A DNA stretch of 64,000 bases from IMG/VR virus record IMGVR_UViG_3300027740_000003, positions 128,001-192,000 of that record. One strand, written 5' to 3'. How positions within the stretch are numbered: position 1 is the first letter of the stretch; each line of letters starts with the position of its first letter. The notes under the pieces are model-generated. The model made no database searches, had not been told where the DNA came from, and was given only the letters and a program-made list of their open reading frames with translations. The stretch comes from a virus. Taxonomy: Duplodnaviria; Caudoviricetes. A program made the position numbers and the translations under genes. Below are positions 1-9,769 of the stretch, in pieces.

Positions 1-33
1 AAAGAAATTATAAAAATAATAAAATTATGTTAT

Positions 34-495
34 TTGGAACCGGTAAAAAACAATTGGAGAATATGGTCAGATAATCAAGGAAATATTATAACTCTATTTA
101 AAAATAGAGTTGTTATATCTAGAAAAATAAACAATTATTTATTAAAAGCAGATGATCTTTATTTAAAATCGCCAGCAGAAAGCATTATTGAAAACAGCCG
201 TTGGGCAATGATATGTTTAGAAGAAGACAATTGTGTTATATGGCTTCTAGGTGTCGATTCCAGACTACGACACATTCATTATACGAATGGTGTCTGGATA
301 GGAAATGTCCCCCCAATGAATAATGGTATTAATTCTATAAGAACAGTCATTGAAAATCTTGATACGGATAAAGTTATAACTTATCCAAATAAAAAATCTT
401 GGGCAGCTAATCTGCCTTTAAAACCAGATATAACAAAAGATATCTTTTCTACAAATAAAGATATCGGAGAAGCAATAAAGGAAATAACCAAATAA
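34..495 (+). CDS. hypothetical protein
   Basis: 153-aa ORF, stop overlaps start of IF-1 gene; true start uncertain. Confidence 0.55.
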   Translation: MEPVKNNWRIWSDNQGNIITLFKNRVVISRKINNYLLKADDLYLKSPAESIIENSRWAMICLEEDNCVIWLLGVDSRLRHIHYTNGVWIGNVPPMNNGINSIRTVIENLDTDKVITYPNKKSWAANLPLKPDITKDIFSTNKDIGEAIKEITK

Positions 496-719
496 TGTCA
501 AAAACAGACTATCTTCAATACACAGGAATTGTTAAAGAGTCCCGAGGAAATGGAAATTTCCTTGTTTTAATAGATGAGCTGGGAAGAGAAATCTCCTGTA
601 CATTATCAGGGAAAATTAGAAAGAACACTATAAGAATTTTGGATGGAGATAAAGTTTCTGTTGATGTCTCTGTTTATGATATGAACAAAGGAAGAATAAC
701 TTTCAGGCATAAAATATGA
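495..719 (+). CDS. infA: translation initiation factor IF-1
   Basis: S1/OB-fold signature GIVKESRGNGNFLV...LSGKIRKNTIRILDGDKVSVDVSVYDMNKGRITFRHK. Confidence 0.95.
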   Translation: MSKTDYLQYTGIVKESRGNGNFLVLIDELGREISCTLSGKIRKNTIRILDGDKVSVDVSVYDMNKGRITFRHKI

Positions 720-949
720 TTGTTCATCTTGCCCTGTTTCCTGATTCAAAAACACAAGTAAGAAATATTCTCTGCAACAATAGAGAATATACTTTTGACC
801 TAGAAACAACTCAAATTTACGGCGATATGGGGTTTTATGTTGGAATAAATAAAATTGACAATTCTAAAATATTTTATGCCTACAACGAAGGTAGAGTAAG
901 TTGTAAAGAATGTTTAGACAGCCTGATGATAAAAGATATAATAGAATGA
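716..949 (+). CDS. small Cys/His protein with IKDIIE C-terminal tag
   Basis: ends CKECLDSLMIKDIIE; ATGA overlaps on both sides. Confidence 0.8.
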   Translation: MIVHLALFPDSKTQVRNILCNNREYTFDLETTQIYGDMGFYVGINKIDNSKIFYAYNEGRVSCKECLDSLMIKDIIE

Positions 950-1179
950 CAGATTGCGATTTTGAAGATGGTTTGTATTATTTTACTGAACGTGATTGCT
1001 TCGGATTTGGTCCAGGAGTTTATAAACTTAAACTTAAATATCAAGGTGCCGTTTATAAATATAGTAAAGAAGATATGGTTTCCTGGTCTGATGTTAATCA
1101 TTATATAAATTTGTTAAAAACTGGGAAAATACAAAAATTAACAAATGATGAATTAATGATAAAGGATATAATAGAATGA
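946..1179 (+). CDS. small hypothetical protein with IKDIIE tag
   Basis: start re-assigned to ATG overlapping upstream TGA; ends LTNDELMIKDIIE. Confidence 0.8.
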   Translation: MTDCDFEDGLYYFTERDCFGFGPGVYKLKLKYQGAVYKYSKEDMVSWSDVNHYINLLKTGKIQKLTNDELMIKDIIE

Positions 1180-1610
1180 ACAATACAACTGTACATTACT
1201 GTTATTTTTGTTATGAAGACGTGTATCCATCGGAAACATTTTGTTTTTGTAATGGTGAATATTGCTCTGTTAATAATGCTGATTATAATTTACACATTTA
1301 TAATTTAATTTCTGAAGACGAGGAAAGGTATTATGTAGCCACAAATATTAAAGAAAATGTAAACTGCACAGCTTGTTTACAAAAATTAGCAGTAAAAGAT
1401 AAAATAACTATACATTATGCAAAAGACTATAATAATATGCCGGGAATTAAAATTTTATGTTCTAAAAAGGGGCATAATTATACAATGAATCTTTCGGGCC
1501 TCCCGCAGAATGTATTTTGTACAAGTGAAAACGATTATTCATACGTTATATATACCTTTGATGAGGACAAAATAACTTGTAAAGACTGTCTAGACAGATT
1601 AAAGGAATAA
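1176..1610 (+). CDS. Cys-rich protein with two H..C..CxxC units (paralogous to 716-949)
   Basis: TVHY...VNCTACL and TIHY...ITCKDCL repeats. Confidence 0.7.
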   Translation: MNNTTVHYCYFCYEDVYPSETFCFCNGEYCSVNNADYNLHIYNLISEDEERYYVATNIKENVNCTACLQKLAVKDKITIHYAKDYNNMPGIKILCSKKGHNYTMNLSGLPQNVFCTSENDYSYVIYTFDEDKITCKDCLDRLKE

Positions 1611-1613
1611 ACT

Positions 1614-2093
1614 ATGCCAGAATATAATAATCCATTTACTATTGGGAGAACAAAGTATGTTAAAGGAAATGCTGCTCGGCCTGTTTCTACGGATAACAGA
1701 ACCATCGTATTATTTGTCTCTACCACAGGCGATTTCGAAAAAATTGAAGGAAACGCCGCAGTGGCCAAGATCTACCCCAAAGCCAAAGACCTCTACAGAT
1801 CTTGGTGGAGAAGTCAGTCCAAATTCAAAGCAGGAGAATTCCAGGTAAATACTATTCTCTCAGATACAGAACTTGCTCACCTTATTGCATACGTGGAAGT
1901 AGATGGAGAAACCGGCTTCGAGGAAACTGCCCTCCGTGGCTCTATCGATAAATTAGGAAAACATGCTGCTTTGAACCGAACTAATGTTCATGTAAATAAA
2001 TGTGGGACAGAAGAGGAATGGGCGGTGATAGCAAAGCTGCTTGAGGAACTAGTTGCCAAGAGAGCAGTTAATGTATTTATATACGAGGCATAA
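1614..2093 (+). CDS. divergent macro-domain (TARG1/Appr-1-p-like) protein
   Basis: YVKGNAARP start, YRSWW..F.GEFQV, VHVNKCG...W.VI..LL....V.V.IY pattern; catalytic loop appears degenerate. Confidence 0.55.
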   Translation: MPEYNNPFTIGRTKYVKGNAARPVSTDNRTIVLFVSTTGDFEKIEGNAAVAKIYPKAKDLYRSWWRSQSKFKAGEFQVNTILSDTELAHLIAYVEVDGETGFEETALRGSIDKLGKHAALNRTNVHVNKCGTEEEWAVIAKLLEELVAKRAVNVFIYEA

Positions 2094-2287
2094 TGAATAT
2101 TAGAAAATATTTTTCCATTAACAAGCTGTGTGTTGTCTACATTGGATTTGGCAGGTTTTGTTTGCTTTGGGTTCCACCTTGGTGTTGGGAGGGAACTGCT
2201 TGGGAATGGATATTAGGATATGAACCAGATGATTACTCTTGGTATGTTAGAATTCTTGGTTGGGAAATAAACTGGATTAACAAATAA
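2093..2287 (+). CDS. small Trp-rich hypothetical protein
   Basis: 64-aa ORF, TAATG coupling. Confidence 0.6.
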   Translation: MNIRKYFSINKLCVVYIGFGRFCLLWVPPWCWEGTAWEWILGYEPDDYSWYVRILGWEINWINK

Positions 2288-2298
2288 TCTACACCCGG

Positions 2299-2330
2299 GC
2301 CCTGATGAGAAATTGTTAGGGCTTTGATTT
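2299..2330 (+). terminator. possible rho-independent terminator
   Basis: GCCCTGA...TTAGGGC hairpin followed by TTTGATTT after the gene run 34-2287. Confidence 0.4.
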
Positions 2331-2346
2331 GTGAATAATTCAGTAT

Positions 2347-3018
2347 TTGTGTATGTTAGAAGACCTTCCGGAAAAGATAAGTGATAGAGAAACAAAAATA
2401 CTGGATATCATTCAAAACCAAAAACATCGCGTTATTCATAATTGGTATCCAATAATTCTCCCAGAAGCCACCTACGTGGTGTCAGCTCAGCCTATCCGCA
2501 TCGATGGCGTTTTTATTACCCTATCCGCTAATGCTCAGACCCAGTTGGCCAAACTATGGGACTGTACCCTGCTAACAGCTAAGCTTGTTGATATCATTCA
2601 TCAACATGCTGATATCATTATAGAACCTTGTCCAAGACTAATCTCTTCAACCAAAAGCGCCATGATCCTACATAGCCAGAATGTAGATAAACAACTGGTA
2701 AAGTATGATACAACAAATAAGTTAGTATCTACCATAGGAAAGATGTGGATTAATAATTTATCTGCTCCGGCTGGCAAAGCAACTATATATGGTTGGCACA
2801 TAAATACCAACCAATTAAATTGGAAAGGAATTAAACTGTTTCCATCAGAAACATTACAGAACAGCAGAGTAATTCAGCCTGTTTCTACTACTCATAATAT
2901 GTTTCATAATGACTACTCTATGTGTCCTAGGTTTATATCTAGAATTATAGTAAAAGAAGAAATTTATAAAGCCGCGGATGTTATGTTTGATCCAGAATTT
3001 AAACACTTATTTTTCTAA
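2347..3018 (+). CDS. conserved hypothetical protein
   Basis: 223-aa ORF with TIYGWH...IQPVS..H...DYS motif. Confidence 0.6.
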   Translation: MCMLEDLPEKISDRETKILDIIQNQKHRVIHNWYPIILPEATYVVSAQPIRIDGVFITLSANAQTQLAKLWDCTLLTAKLVDIIHQHADIIIEPCPRLISSTKSAMILHSQNVDKQLVKYDTTNKLVSTIGKMWINNLSAPAGKATIYGWHINTNQLNWKGIKLFPSETLQNSRVIQPVSTTHNMFHNDYSMCPRFISRIIVKEEIYKAADVMFDPEFKHLFF

Positions 3019-3024
3019 AACACT

Positions 3025-3909
3025 ATGTATAATCATTTATTAAAATTATCCATGTTCTTCGAGAAATATGCTATTCGAAGTGTTGTGTATGATCCGAAAC
3101 AGCATGAAGAGTATAAATATTATGAGTCTAATATGGCTCCAGAAGATACATATGGAGAATCAAAAGAATATGGTCAAACGAAGAAATTTGACATGAATTA
3201 TTTCTCTAGGATTCAAGACCCAGAAAAGATCCGTTTATATGCTCATAGAAGGCTACAGATGCTTGGCCAAGGCTCTTCAAGGGTGGTCTATGTCTATAGT
3301 TCCAAGTATGCTTTAAAGATTGCTACAAACCTTGCTGGCCAGGCCCAGAACGAATTAGAATACAAAATTTCTCAAGATAGACAGTTCAATGAGATTGTTG
3401 CCAAATCTATTAAATCAGATAATTATTTTAATTGGTTGTTGTCGGAACTAGTTAGACCTGTAAATATTATGGACGATGAAGGTTGTCAAGACGAATTTTT
3501 AGAGAAAATGGAATTTGAGCAACACTCTCCTGTTCCATTTGATACATTAATTCAAGGAATTGATCCTAGGTATAGAGGAGAATATGACGAAGGGTTTGTT
3601 CCATATAGGAAGTTTGTTAAAACATCACCTCAGAAAGAGGAAATAAGAAGGAAAGTAAGAAAAGCAAGAGCATTGATTAAAAAATATAATTTAAAATTGC
3701 CAGACATAAAAGTTCCTTCCAATTGGGGGCAGACAACTGATGGCAGAATGGTTATTTTGGACTTTGGTTTTAATGATGATGTTAATATTAATTTTTATGG
3801 AACGCAGAGGCCAAAAAATTGGCCCATAGATCCAAATGACTACGGGCCAACATTTCCAGTGGACTTGACGATTAAAGAAAATCCCAACGCCCCGAAAGAA
3901 GAAGATTAA
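3025..3909 (+). CDS. protein-kinase-like fold protein
   Basis: LGQGSSRVVY, ALKIA, AQNELE, D..PSNWG, ILDFG; N-terminal LLKLSMFFEKYA motif. Confidence 0.7.
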   Translation: MYNHLLKLSMFFEKYAIRSVVYDPKQHEEYKYYESNMAPEDTYGESKEYGQTKKFDMNYFSRIQDPEKIRLYAHRRLQMLGQGSSRVVYVYSSKYALKIATNLAGQAQNELEYKISQDRQFNEIVAKSIKSDNYFNWLLSELVRPVNIMDDEGCQDEFLEKMEFEQHSPVPFDTLIQGIDPRYRGEYDEGFVPYRKFVKTSPQKEEIRRKVRKARALIKKYNLKLPDIKVPSNWGQTTDGRMVILDFGFNDDVNINFYGTQRPKNWPIDPNDYGPTFPVDLTIKENPNAPKEED

Positions 3910-4709
3910 TGATCAAAGAAAATCATTGGATCGTTGAAATTTATTTCTGGAATTAACGGCTCTTTTTTGTCATGTTTTTCAACATACCATTCGTTTTCTT
4001 CTGAAATCAATGAAAAACAGTGAGCAAGCCACGGATTAATTTGGCCCCACACTCTATTATATAACTCTCGTATCATACTGATTTTTGTTTTATTCATATT
4101 TTCAAAAGGAAATAGAATTATATTTTTAACCTCTTCATTATTCAATGATTCTTGTTTAGCTATATATGTAAAAATAGGAACGAGGTAGCTCGTTCCTCTA
4201 ACTTCTGTTCCTTGGCGAGATAATTTTAAATGTTTTATATATTTTTGTTCAAGAGGTATGTTTCCGCCAGTTTTTACAGAATCATAAACCTCTCTGCTAA
4301 TTTTATATTCTAACAAATCTTCATATTTGTTATTGTTAAATATTCTTTTTATACCTTCATCAGGTATTATGAACATATCACCTGCGCCATTAAGATTTCT
4401 TTTAACAACTACATAGTCAATATTTTGATCCAATATTTTTGTAAAAAATTTATCTTTTATTTCTATGTAAGGAAAGCTTTCTCCAAACACTAGTAAATCA
4501 TATATAATATATTGTAAAGAGCTTTTCACAATTGGAATAATTTCTTTGAATTTGTTATGATTTGTATCTATAATAGAAATTGATTTTTCTATATGTGATA
4601 TGTGGAATTCTATTGTAGGATTTACAATAGGATCAATTGTCGCGGCGCTCCTAAGCCAAGCATTAATTGTTGCTCTGTCTCGTGGAATGTTTAAATTTTC
4701 ATACAACAT
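3906..4709 (-). CDS. truncated/divergent portal-protein-like paralog
   Basis: LLVFGESFPYIE..NIDYVVVKR..PDEGIKRI..GGNIPLE..HL..RGTSY resembles the mid-section of large-phage portal proteins; only 267 aa. Confidence 0.5.
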   Translation of the reverse strand: MLYENLNIPRDRATINAWLRSAATIDPIVNPTIEFHISHIEKSISIIDTNHNKFKEIIPIVKSSLQYIIYDLLVFGESFPYIEIKDKFFTKILDQNIDYVVVKRNLNGAGDMFIIPDEGIKRIFNNNKYEDLLEYKISREVYDSVKTGGNIPLEQKYIKHLKLSRQGTEVRGTSYLVPIFTYIAKQESLNNEEVKNIILFPFENMNKTKISMIRELYNRVWGQINPWLAHCFSLISEENEWYVEKHDKKEPLIPEINFNDPMIFFDH

Positions 4710-4726
4710 GTTGTTTTCCTTTCATC

Positions 4727-5446
4727 TTAATATCCTGTTTTCATTCTTTTTTGAATTTCTTCTTCAATCGTTTTCATATCTAATCCAGCCGTGTCAATTT
4801 TGCCACGTTTCCAATTATAATGATTTAACAATCCGTTATAATTCATAGGATTAGGTAATACGGTCGTTATATAGCCATTTTTGTTTTTAGGGAATTCCGG
4901 TTTCACATTTGGGAATAATGTACAATAACCCCACATTAACTGAATAAGAGAATTCATTTGTGCTTGAGTTGGAAGATAAACTTTAAGTTTGGTTCCATGT
5001 ATCGGAGCTATTGTTGTTTCATGAGTGGGAACTTTCCATTTTTCGCAATCATTTTCATCATACATATTTCCTTCCCAGGCTCCGGGACGATAAGACATTT
5101 CTACTCCAGATCCTACATCATTCATTCCTGTTCCTTGGGACCATCCAGAATGTTGGCAATTTAATGGTTGATAAATTGTAGCATATCCATCTATATCATT
5201 ATCTCCAATAATGAAATTAACACTGTAGGCTCTGTATACCAAAGCCTCAAAAGTATTCTTTGCAGTATATGTATCAGACCAATGTACAGTAAATTTAGTA
5301 AAATTATTCTTTAATGTATTATAATTACAATTTCTATATCTATACTTTTTGTATGGGACAAAGTTGAGCCCATCAGGTTCGTCCCATTTAATTACTCTAC
5401 AACCGATATCAAAAGATTTTTCTGCTGCCCATATGCTGGTGTTCAT
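4727..5446 (-). CDS. N-acetylmuramoyl-L-alanine amidase (Amidase_2-like)
   Basis: TVHWS, SVNFII, WSQG..N..G.GVEM, LLNHYN..GKID. Confidence 0.7.
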   Translation of the reverse strand: MNTSIWAAEKSFDIGCRVIKWDEPDGLNFVPYKKYRYRNCNYNTLKNNFTKFTVHWSDTYTAKNTFEALVYRAYSVNFIIGDNDIDGYATIYQPLNCQHSGWSQGTGMNDVGSGVEMSYRPGAWEGNMYDENDCEKWKVPTHETTIAPIHGTKLKVYLPTQAQMNSLIQLMWGYCTLFPNVKPEFPKNKNGYITTVLPNPMNYNGLLNHYNWKRGKIDTAGLDMKTIEEEIQKRMKTGY

Positions 5447-6204
5447 TTAATAAAAACCTTGGTTTTAATCTTATCCCACCAACTAGGCTCTACACGATAA
5501 TAATTTTCGTATTCTTTTATTTCATCTTTTCTTTCAAAAAGTCTATAACTTTCCTGTGCTGTCATTCCAGCAATTCCACCGAGCTGTTGTAGTTCCCAAT
5601 CTGTGAATAGTGGTTGGGGCGGCTCTGGGATAGGTTCTGGTAGGGCTGGACGCCATTCTGAAAGGGTTTTGGCCTTGGCAGTGAATTGCTCAGCGAGCCG
5701 GATCAAACCCCTTGTGTAGAGGCTTTCTGATGCTGTGTAATATTTATTTTGATGCAATTCGTGGGAATAGCCGGCCGGATCTCCATCTAACACTTTCTGC
5801 CATACATTTTTATAACTAGGTTTAGCTAGGAATGCAAGATGATGAGCCATTCCGTCTTCGAGAGTTTTAAAAGCTCTGAAAGAGCAATTTGGATCCGGTG
5901 GATAAAACCAGACTTCTTTGCCATTAAGAATTTCCGAGCATTTGAATAATGTAAAAAATTCGTTAGGTTTAAGTTTACTAATATTAGCTCGAATATTTCC
6001 CATATTATACGAATGGAAGCCCTTTCTCCAGCCTCCCGTTTCTAATGCGCTATGTGCTAAAAGCACAATAACGCTTTTTGTGGATAATTTTATTTTGAGG
6101 AAATTTTCTGCACCAGTTTTAATGTAGTAGAACATTTGTTCTGGGGTGGATGCGATAAGTTCATCTGGTAAATATTGCGGGTGTTTTGTTAAATCTATTG
6201 CCAT
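5443..6204 (-). CDS. GH73 glucosaminidase (FlgJ-like) peptidoglycan hydrolase
   Basis: LAHSALETGG, YNMGNIRA, FRAF.TLEDG, YYTA. Confidence 0.8.
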   Translation of the reverse strand: MAIDLTKHPQYLPDELIASTPEQMFYYIKTGAENFLKIKLSTKSVIVLLAHSALETGGWRKGFHSYNMGNIRANISKLKPNEFFTLFKCSEILNGKEVWFYPPDPNCSFRAFKTLEDGMAHHLAFLAKPSYKNVWQKVLDGDPAGYSHELHQNKYYTASESLYTRGLIRLAEQFTAKAKTLSEWRPALPEPIPEPPQPLFTDWELQQLGGIAGMTAQESYRLFERKDEIKEYENYYRVEPSWWDKIKTKVFIK

Positions 6205-6221
6205 ATTTGAATGGCAAATTA

Positions 6222-6605
6222 TTATTCAATGATGTCTTTCACCATAATCTCATCATAAATTCTATCAACGTTTTGCGATAAATGTTTTAAATCTGGGTAA
6301 TATGCGTTAATTTTGTATCGTTCTTGTTCTAACCAATCTGGCATACAGTATTTAATATATTCTTTGGGGATATATTGGAGAAATTCATAATCAACTTTAT
6401 GATCTATCAATAATCCCATAGGATTGATTAATTCGTGTACTTGTATTAATCTGACACTATAATGTATATTAGGATTATTAACTGTTCCAATTACATAAAT
6501 AAATATTTCTTCAAGAAATTTATAATCAATATTGTCGGGCCAATTTGTTATTTTTGGACAGTTATCATATATACATAACGAATTAGAATGTAGCAATAAA
6601 TACAT
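6222..6605 (-). CDS. family-A paralog (IDYKF/IPKE) with IKDIIE tag
   Basis: WPDNIDYKFL, IPKEY, ends IYDEIMVKDIIE. Confidence 0.85.
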   Translation of the reverse strand: MYLLLHSNSLCIYDNCPKITNWPDNIDYKFLEEIFIYVIGTVNNPNIHYSVRLIQVHELINPMGLLIDHKVDYEFLQYIPKEYIKYCMPDWLEQERYKINAYYPDLKHLSQNVDRIYDEIMVKDIIE

Positions 6606-7016
6606 TTATTCTATGATGTCCTTTATCATCAATTCGTCATATATTTTATCTAAATTATCTTTTAAATATTGTAGCCTTTCTAAAATAGTTATATTTATAG
6701 AATTAGAAAGTATCAATTTTGGCAAAATATATTCAAAGAAATCTTTTGGAATTCTTTCTATTGTTTCATAATATATTTTATTATTATAGTCGTTAAAGTT
6801 CATTACGTTGCTCAAACGAATATATTTCATGAACAAATCTTGTGGTTTCCAAACTTCAAAATGTTTTTGATTTAAATCAAACAAATCAATGGTTCCAATA
6901 ATATCAATTTCTCCATATTTCAAATTTGAGATGAATTTATAATCAAGACCATCAGGCCAATCCAAAATTAGCGTTATATTAGGTCTGTAATCTAAAATTT
7001 TAGCTAGCAATTTCAT
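6606..7016 (-). CDS. family-A paralog with IKDIIE tag
   Basis: WPDGLDYKF, IPKDF, ends IYDELMIKDIIE. Confidence 0.85.
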   Translation of the reverse strand: MKLLAKILDYRPNITLILDWPDGLDYKFISNLKYGEIDIIGTIDLFDLNQKHFEVWKPQDLFMKYIRLSNVMNFNDYNNKIYYETIERIPKDFFEYILPKLILSNSINITILERLQYLKDNLDKIYDELMIKDIIE

Positions 7017-7019
7017 GTT

Positions 7020-7394
7020 TTATTCTATGATGTCTTTTATCATCAACTCATCGTATATTATGTCTATATTATCTTCGATATACTTGATCTCATTTTTCCA
7101 AAATGATTCTTTTATTTTATCATTTTTCCAGACATTTATTAAATATAACAAAACCTCTTTTGGAACATGTACATATATTCGTGCCATAGTGAAATCATAA
7201 ACATTAAATAATTCGTGTAATTCTACTATTTTAATATATTTTGGACAGGTATAAGCTAGAGATAATTCTGCTATTATATCTAGTTTATAGTTTAACCATT
7301 TATAATTAATTTTTAACTCATCTGGATAATGTAAAATCATATAATAATCTTCATCATCGTAATCTCCGTCTGTTTTTTTGTATAGCAATAACAT
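7020..7394 (-). CDS. family-A paralog with IKDIIE tag
   Basis: INYKWL, VPKEV, ends IYDELMIKDIIE. Confidence 0.85.
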   Translation of the reverse strand: MLLLYKKTDGDYDDEDYYMILHYPDELKINYKWLNYKLDIIAELSLAYTCPKYIKIVELHELFNVYDFTMARIYVHVPKEVLLYLINVWKNDKIKESFWKNEIKYIEDNIDIIYDELMIKDIIE

Positions 7395-7789
7395 TATTCA
7401 ATTATGTCCTTTATCATCAATTCGTCAGGAGTAAATATTTCTTTTTGTATGTAGTCGCCAGCATAAATTTTTGCATTATTAAATAAACAATAGTTTCCAT
7501 GAGACATTTCTGATTTATAACTATCTTCTATTTTACAAAAGAAGAAGATATTTGCAAATTTTCTATAATCTTTATTATAATATTTTATTATGGCGAATTG
7601 TGAATGATATGATTCAGATTCCAAATATAAAAATGGAATAAAAATATCATACCCGTTATGTCTTCCGAAAATTCTATCTACAGGATTTTCAATTCCAACA
7701 CTGTAAATGTCCTGATAAGTTCTATTTTTAGAAACACTAATTTCTTTGCAATAGCCAATGGTTTCGTTATTTGTTTTTAGATATATCAT
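7394..7789 (-). CDS. hypothetical protein (N-terminus reminiscent of tail-tube proteins) with IKDIIE tag
   Basis: IGYCKEISVSKNRTYQDIYSVG..NPVD; ends DELMIKDIIE. Confidence 0.75.
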   Translation of the reverse strand: MIYLKTNNETIGYCKEISVSKNRTYQDIYSVGIENPVDRIFGRHNGYDIFIPFLYLESESYHSQFAIIKYYNKDYRKFANIFFFCKIEDSYKSEMSHGNYCLFNNAKIYAGDYIQKEIFTPDELMIKDIIE

Positions 7790-7797
7790 TTTCTTCT

Positions 7798-8217
7798 TTA
7801 TTCTATGATATCCTTTATCATCAATTCGTCATAGGCTTTATCTAAATTTTCTTCAAAAAATTTTACTAATTCAGAACTCCATTCTTTTTTCCATTCACCA
7901 ACAATGAATTTGAGAACTTCTTTTGGGATTCTTTTTAAATTTTTCAGATTTATTTCAAATTTATTACCATTAGACACAGAATGACTTGCAAAAATCGAAG
8001 GATGATAAAATTGTGATAAATTTTTCAAACAACAACTGTTATGTTGTATTGTTTCTAAATCTAGCATTTCTTCGGGAACAATTCCAATAATAGAATGATA
8101 CAGATCGTTAAGAAACGAAAAATTGGTTATAAACGGTGGTGTTTTTATTAAAACTATATTTCCTATATCTAAATTTTCTTCTTTTAGAATAACAATCATT
8201 TTATTGTATTTCTCCAA
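7798..8217 (-). CDS. family-A paralog with IKDIIE tag
   Basis: NFSFL..IIGIV, IPKEV, ends AYDELMIKDIIE. Confidence 0.85.
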   Translation of the reverse strand: MEKYNKMIVILKEENLDIGNIVLIKTPPFITNFSFLNDLYHSIIGIVPEEMLDLETIQHNSCCLKNLSQFYHPSIFASHSVSNGNKFEINLKNLKRIPKEVLKFIVGEWKKEWSSELVKFFEENLDKAYDELMIKDIIE

Positions 8218-8791
8218 ATTCTTCTAACAACATCATTTCTAGAACAAATGAATGGCCCATAGATCTATCCGGATTATTAATTACATCTTCAATACTCATT
8301 CCCATTGCTTTCCTGTTGTATCCGTCATAACACCATAACATTATTCTTTTTTCTTTTTCATATAATTCACATAATTGTTTAAATGCATTTGTGGGTTTAA
8401 TAACTTCTTTATATACTGGAATATAAATTTCTCTTCTAGCTTCTATTTTTCCTAATAACCTTCCGTCCCACCACAAACCCTCAGGAACGGCTCCCTTGCC
8501 CCTAGGGTACCTGATAGCCGCCTTGAGTTGAAAACCGTTCCTGGCCCATTCTACCCAGTGGGAATTAGGTGTTCCATCTTGTCCGAGGTGGTCTTGGTAA
8601 ACCTTGCTGTACTGCCAACAATTTTCTATATTACATGCGGTTTCGGAGGGAGCACCAAGGTAAAGGCCACATGGGCCATTAAGGAATGGGGAAAGACCTT
8701 TTCCAAAAGAAGTAGAATGAGAGGTTGTATTAACAAAGAATGGCGAAGATGCTTTTCCTGGGCATTCCTGTGGACCAACAACCGTTATCAT
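8201..8791 (-). CDS. DUF6939-like (possible NADAR-fold) protein
   Basis: LSPF..GP, ENCWQYSKVY, WDG..LG.IEAR..IYIP.Y. Confidence 0.55.
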   Translation of the reverse strand: MITVVGPQECPGKASSPFFVNTTSHSTSFGKGLSPFLNGPCGLYLGAPSETACNIENCWQYSKVYQDHLGQDGTPNSHWVEWARNGFQLKAAIRYPRGKGAVPEGLWWDGRLLGKIEARREIYIPVYKEVIKPTNAFKQLCELYEKEKRIMLWCYDGYNRKAMGMSIEDVINNPDRSMGHSFVLEMMLLEEFGEIQ

Positions 8792-9039
8792 TCTATAATG
8801 TCCTTTATTATAAGATCGTCTTTTGTCAATTCTTCTATACAGTTTTCATTTATTAATTTTTCTATATCATAATTAGTATAGAAACTATTCGTGGAATACC
8901 AAACATTTCCAACTTTACATTCAAAAATATATTTTTTAAACCAATAATTATAAACACATCTGCACGTTTTATGTTTTTCAAATATACCAATAGGAATTAA
9001 AGGCATATTACACAAAAAATATTTTCCATTATAACTCAT
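8788..9039 (-). CDS. small protein with IKDIIE tag
   Basis: ends LTKDDLIIKDIIE. Confidence 0.8.
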   Translation of the reverse strand: MSYNGKYFLCNMPLIPIGIFEKHKTCRCVYNYWFKKYIFECKVGNVWYSTNSFYTNYDIEKLINENCIEELTKDDLIIKDIIE

Positions 9040-9362
9040 TCTATAATGTCCTTTATCATTAACTCATCTTCTGTTAGACATAATATATTGCAAAAATCGG
9101 GACCACATTTGTTTATCAAATTATGATTTGAAGAAGCGTTAGATGTTAATGTCTCTCCACATTTTCTACAACAAAAATACCACATAATTGTTTTATTTCC
9201 ATTTTCCAAAGAATATATAAAATTAAAATCATGTTGTTTTAACAACATATATGTGGTATAGTCTTTTTCTGACAACATCGTTTTGTTGTATCTGTCCCAC
9301 CAATTACGTGGTTTAAGGATATTTTTTATTTCTTTTGTTGAACAATCGTTTATTGTTCTCAT
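9036..9362 (-). CDS. Zn-ribbon-like protein with IKDIIE tag
   Basis: HDF..CCRKCG; ends LTEDELMIKDIIE. Confidence 0.8.
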   Translation of the reverse strand: MRTINDCSTKEIKNILKPRNWWDRYNKTMLSEKDYTTYMLLKQHDFNFIYSLENGNKTIMWYFCCRKCGETLTSNASSNHNLINKCGPDFCNILCLTEDELMIKDIIE

Positions 9363-9769
9363 TCAATGATATCCCTTATCATCATATTGTCATACAAAGA
9401 ATCTAATTCTTGTTCAAACGAAAGAACCACTTGAAGATCTTTTTTACAAATCTCTTTCCAATTTTTTATTACACATTTTATAAATTCTTTTGGAATACAC
9501 TCCAGCATTTGATATAATAATTTTTCTGCCAATTCATTGCCACGTTTATACTCTGCGTAATAATTAAATATAAAATTACATCTATCATATACTGAAAATA
9601 TTTTTATTTCTTTAGGAAGCTCACCATCAAACACAAAGCATCTTCCTGGCAATATTAATCCTTCATCTATTAAATATTCATTATTTAGAAATTTATAATC
9701 TATATTGATATTATCTGGATAATTTATAAAACAATACGTTCCAATTTCTACAGAAGTTATTAGAATCAT
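9359..9769 (-). CDS. family-A paralog with IRDIIE tag
   Basis: YPDNINIDYKFL, IPKEF, ends LYDNMMIRDIIE. Confidence 0.85.
   Translation of the reverse strand: MILITSVEIGTYCFINYPDNINIDYKFLNNEYLIDEGLILPGRCFVFDGELPKEIKIFSVYDRCNFIFNYYAEYKRGNELAEKLLYQMLECIPKEFIKCVIKNWKEICKKDLQVVLSFEQELDSLYDNMMIRDIIE

Noticed and set aside
930-949. IKDIIE DNA as a pure DNA element (contains TATAAT -10 box and AGGA RBS; possible integron-like attC)
   Set aside because: Many copies read CATAAT, TATCAT, CATCAT or CATTAT and AAA GA instead of AAG GA while the amino acids are kept; no inverted repeat or integrase seen. Coupling is at most a secondary role.
2300-2315. Hammerhead ribozyme core CTGATGA-GAAA
   Set aside because: No stem II between CTGATGA and GAAA; better explained as part of a terminator hairpin.
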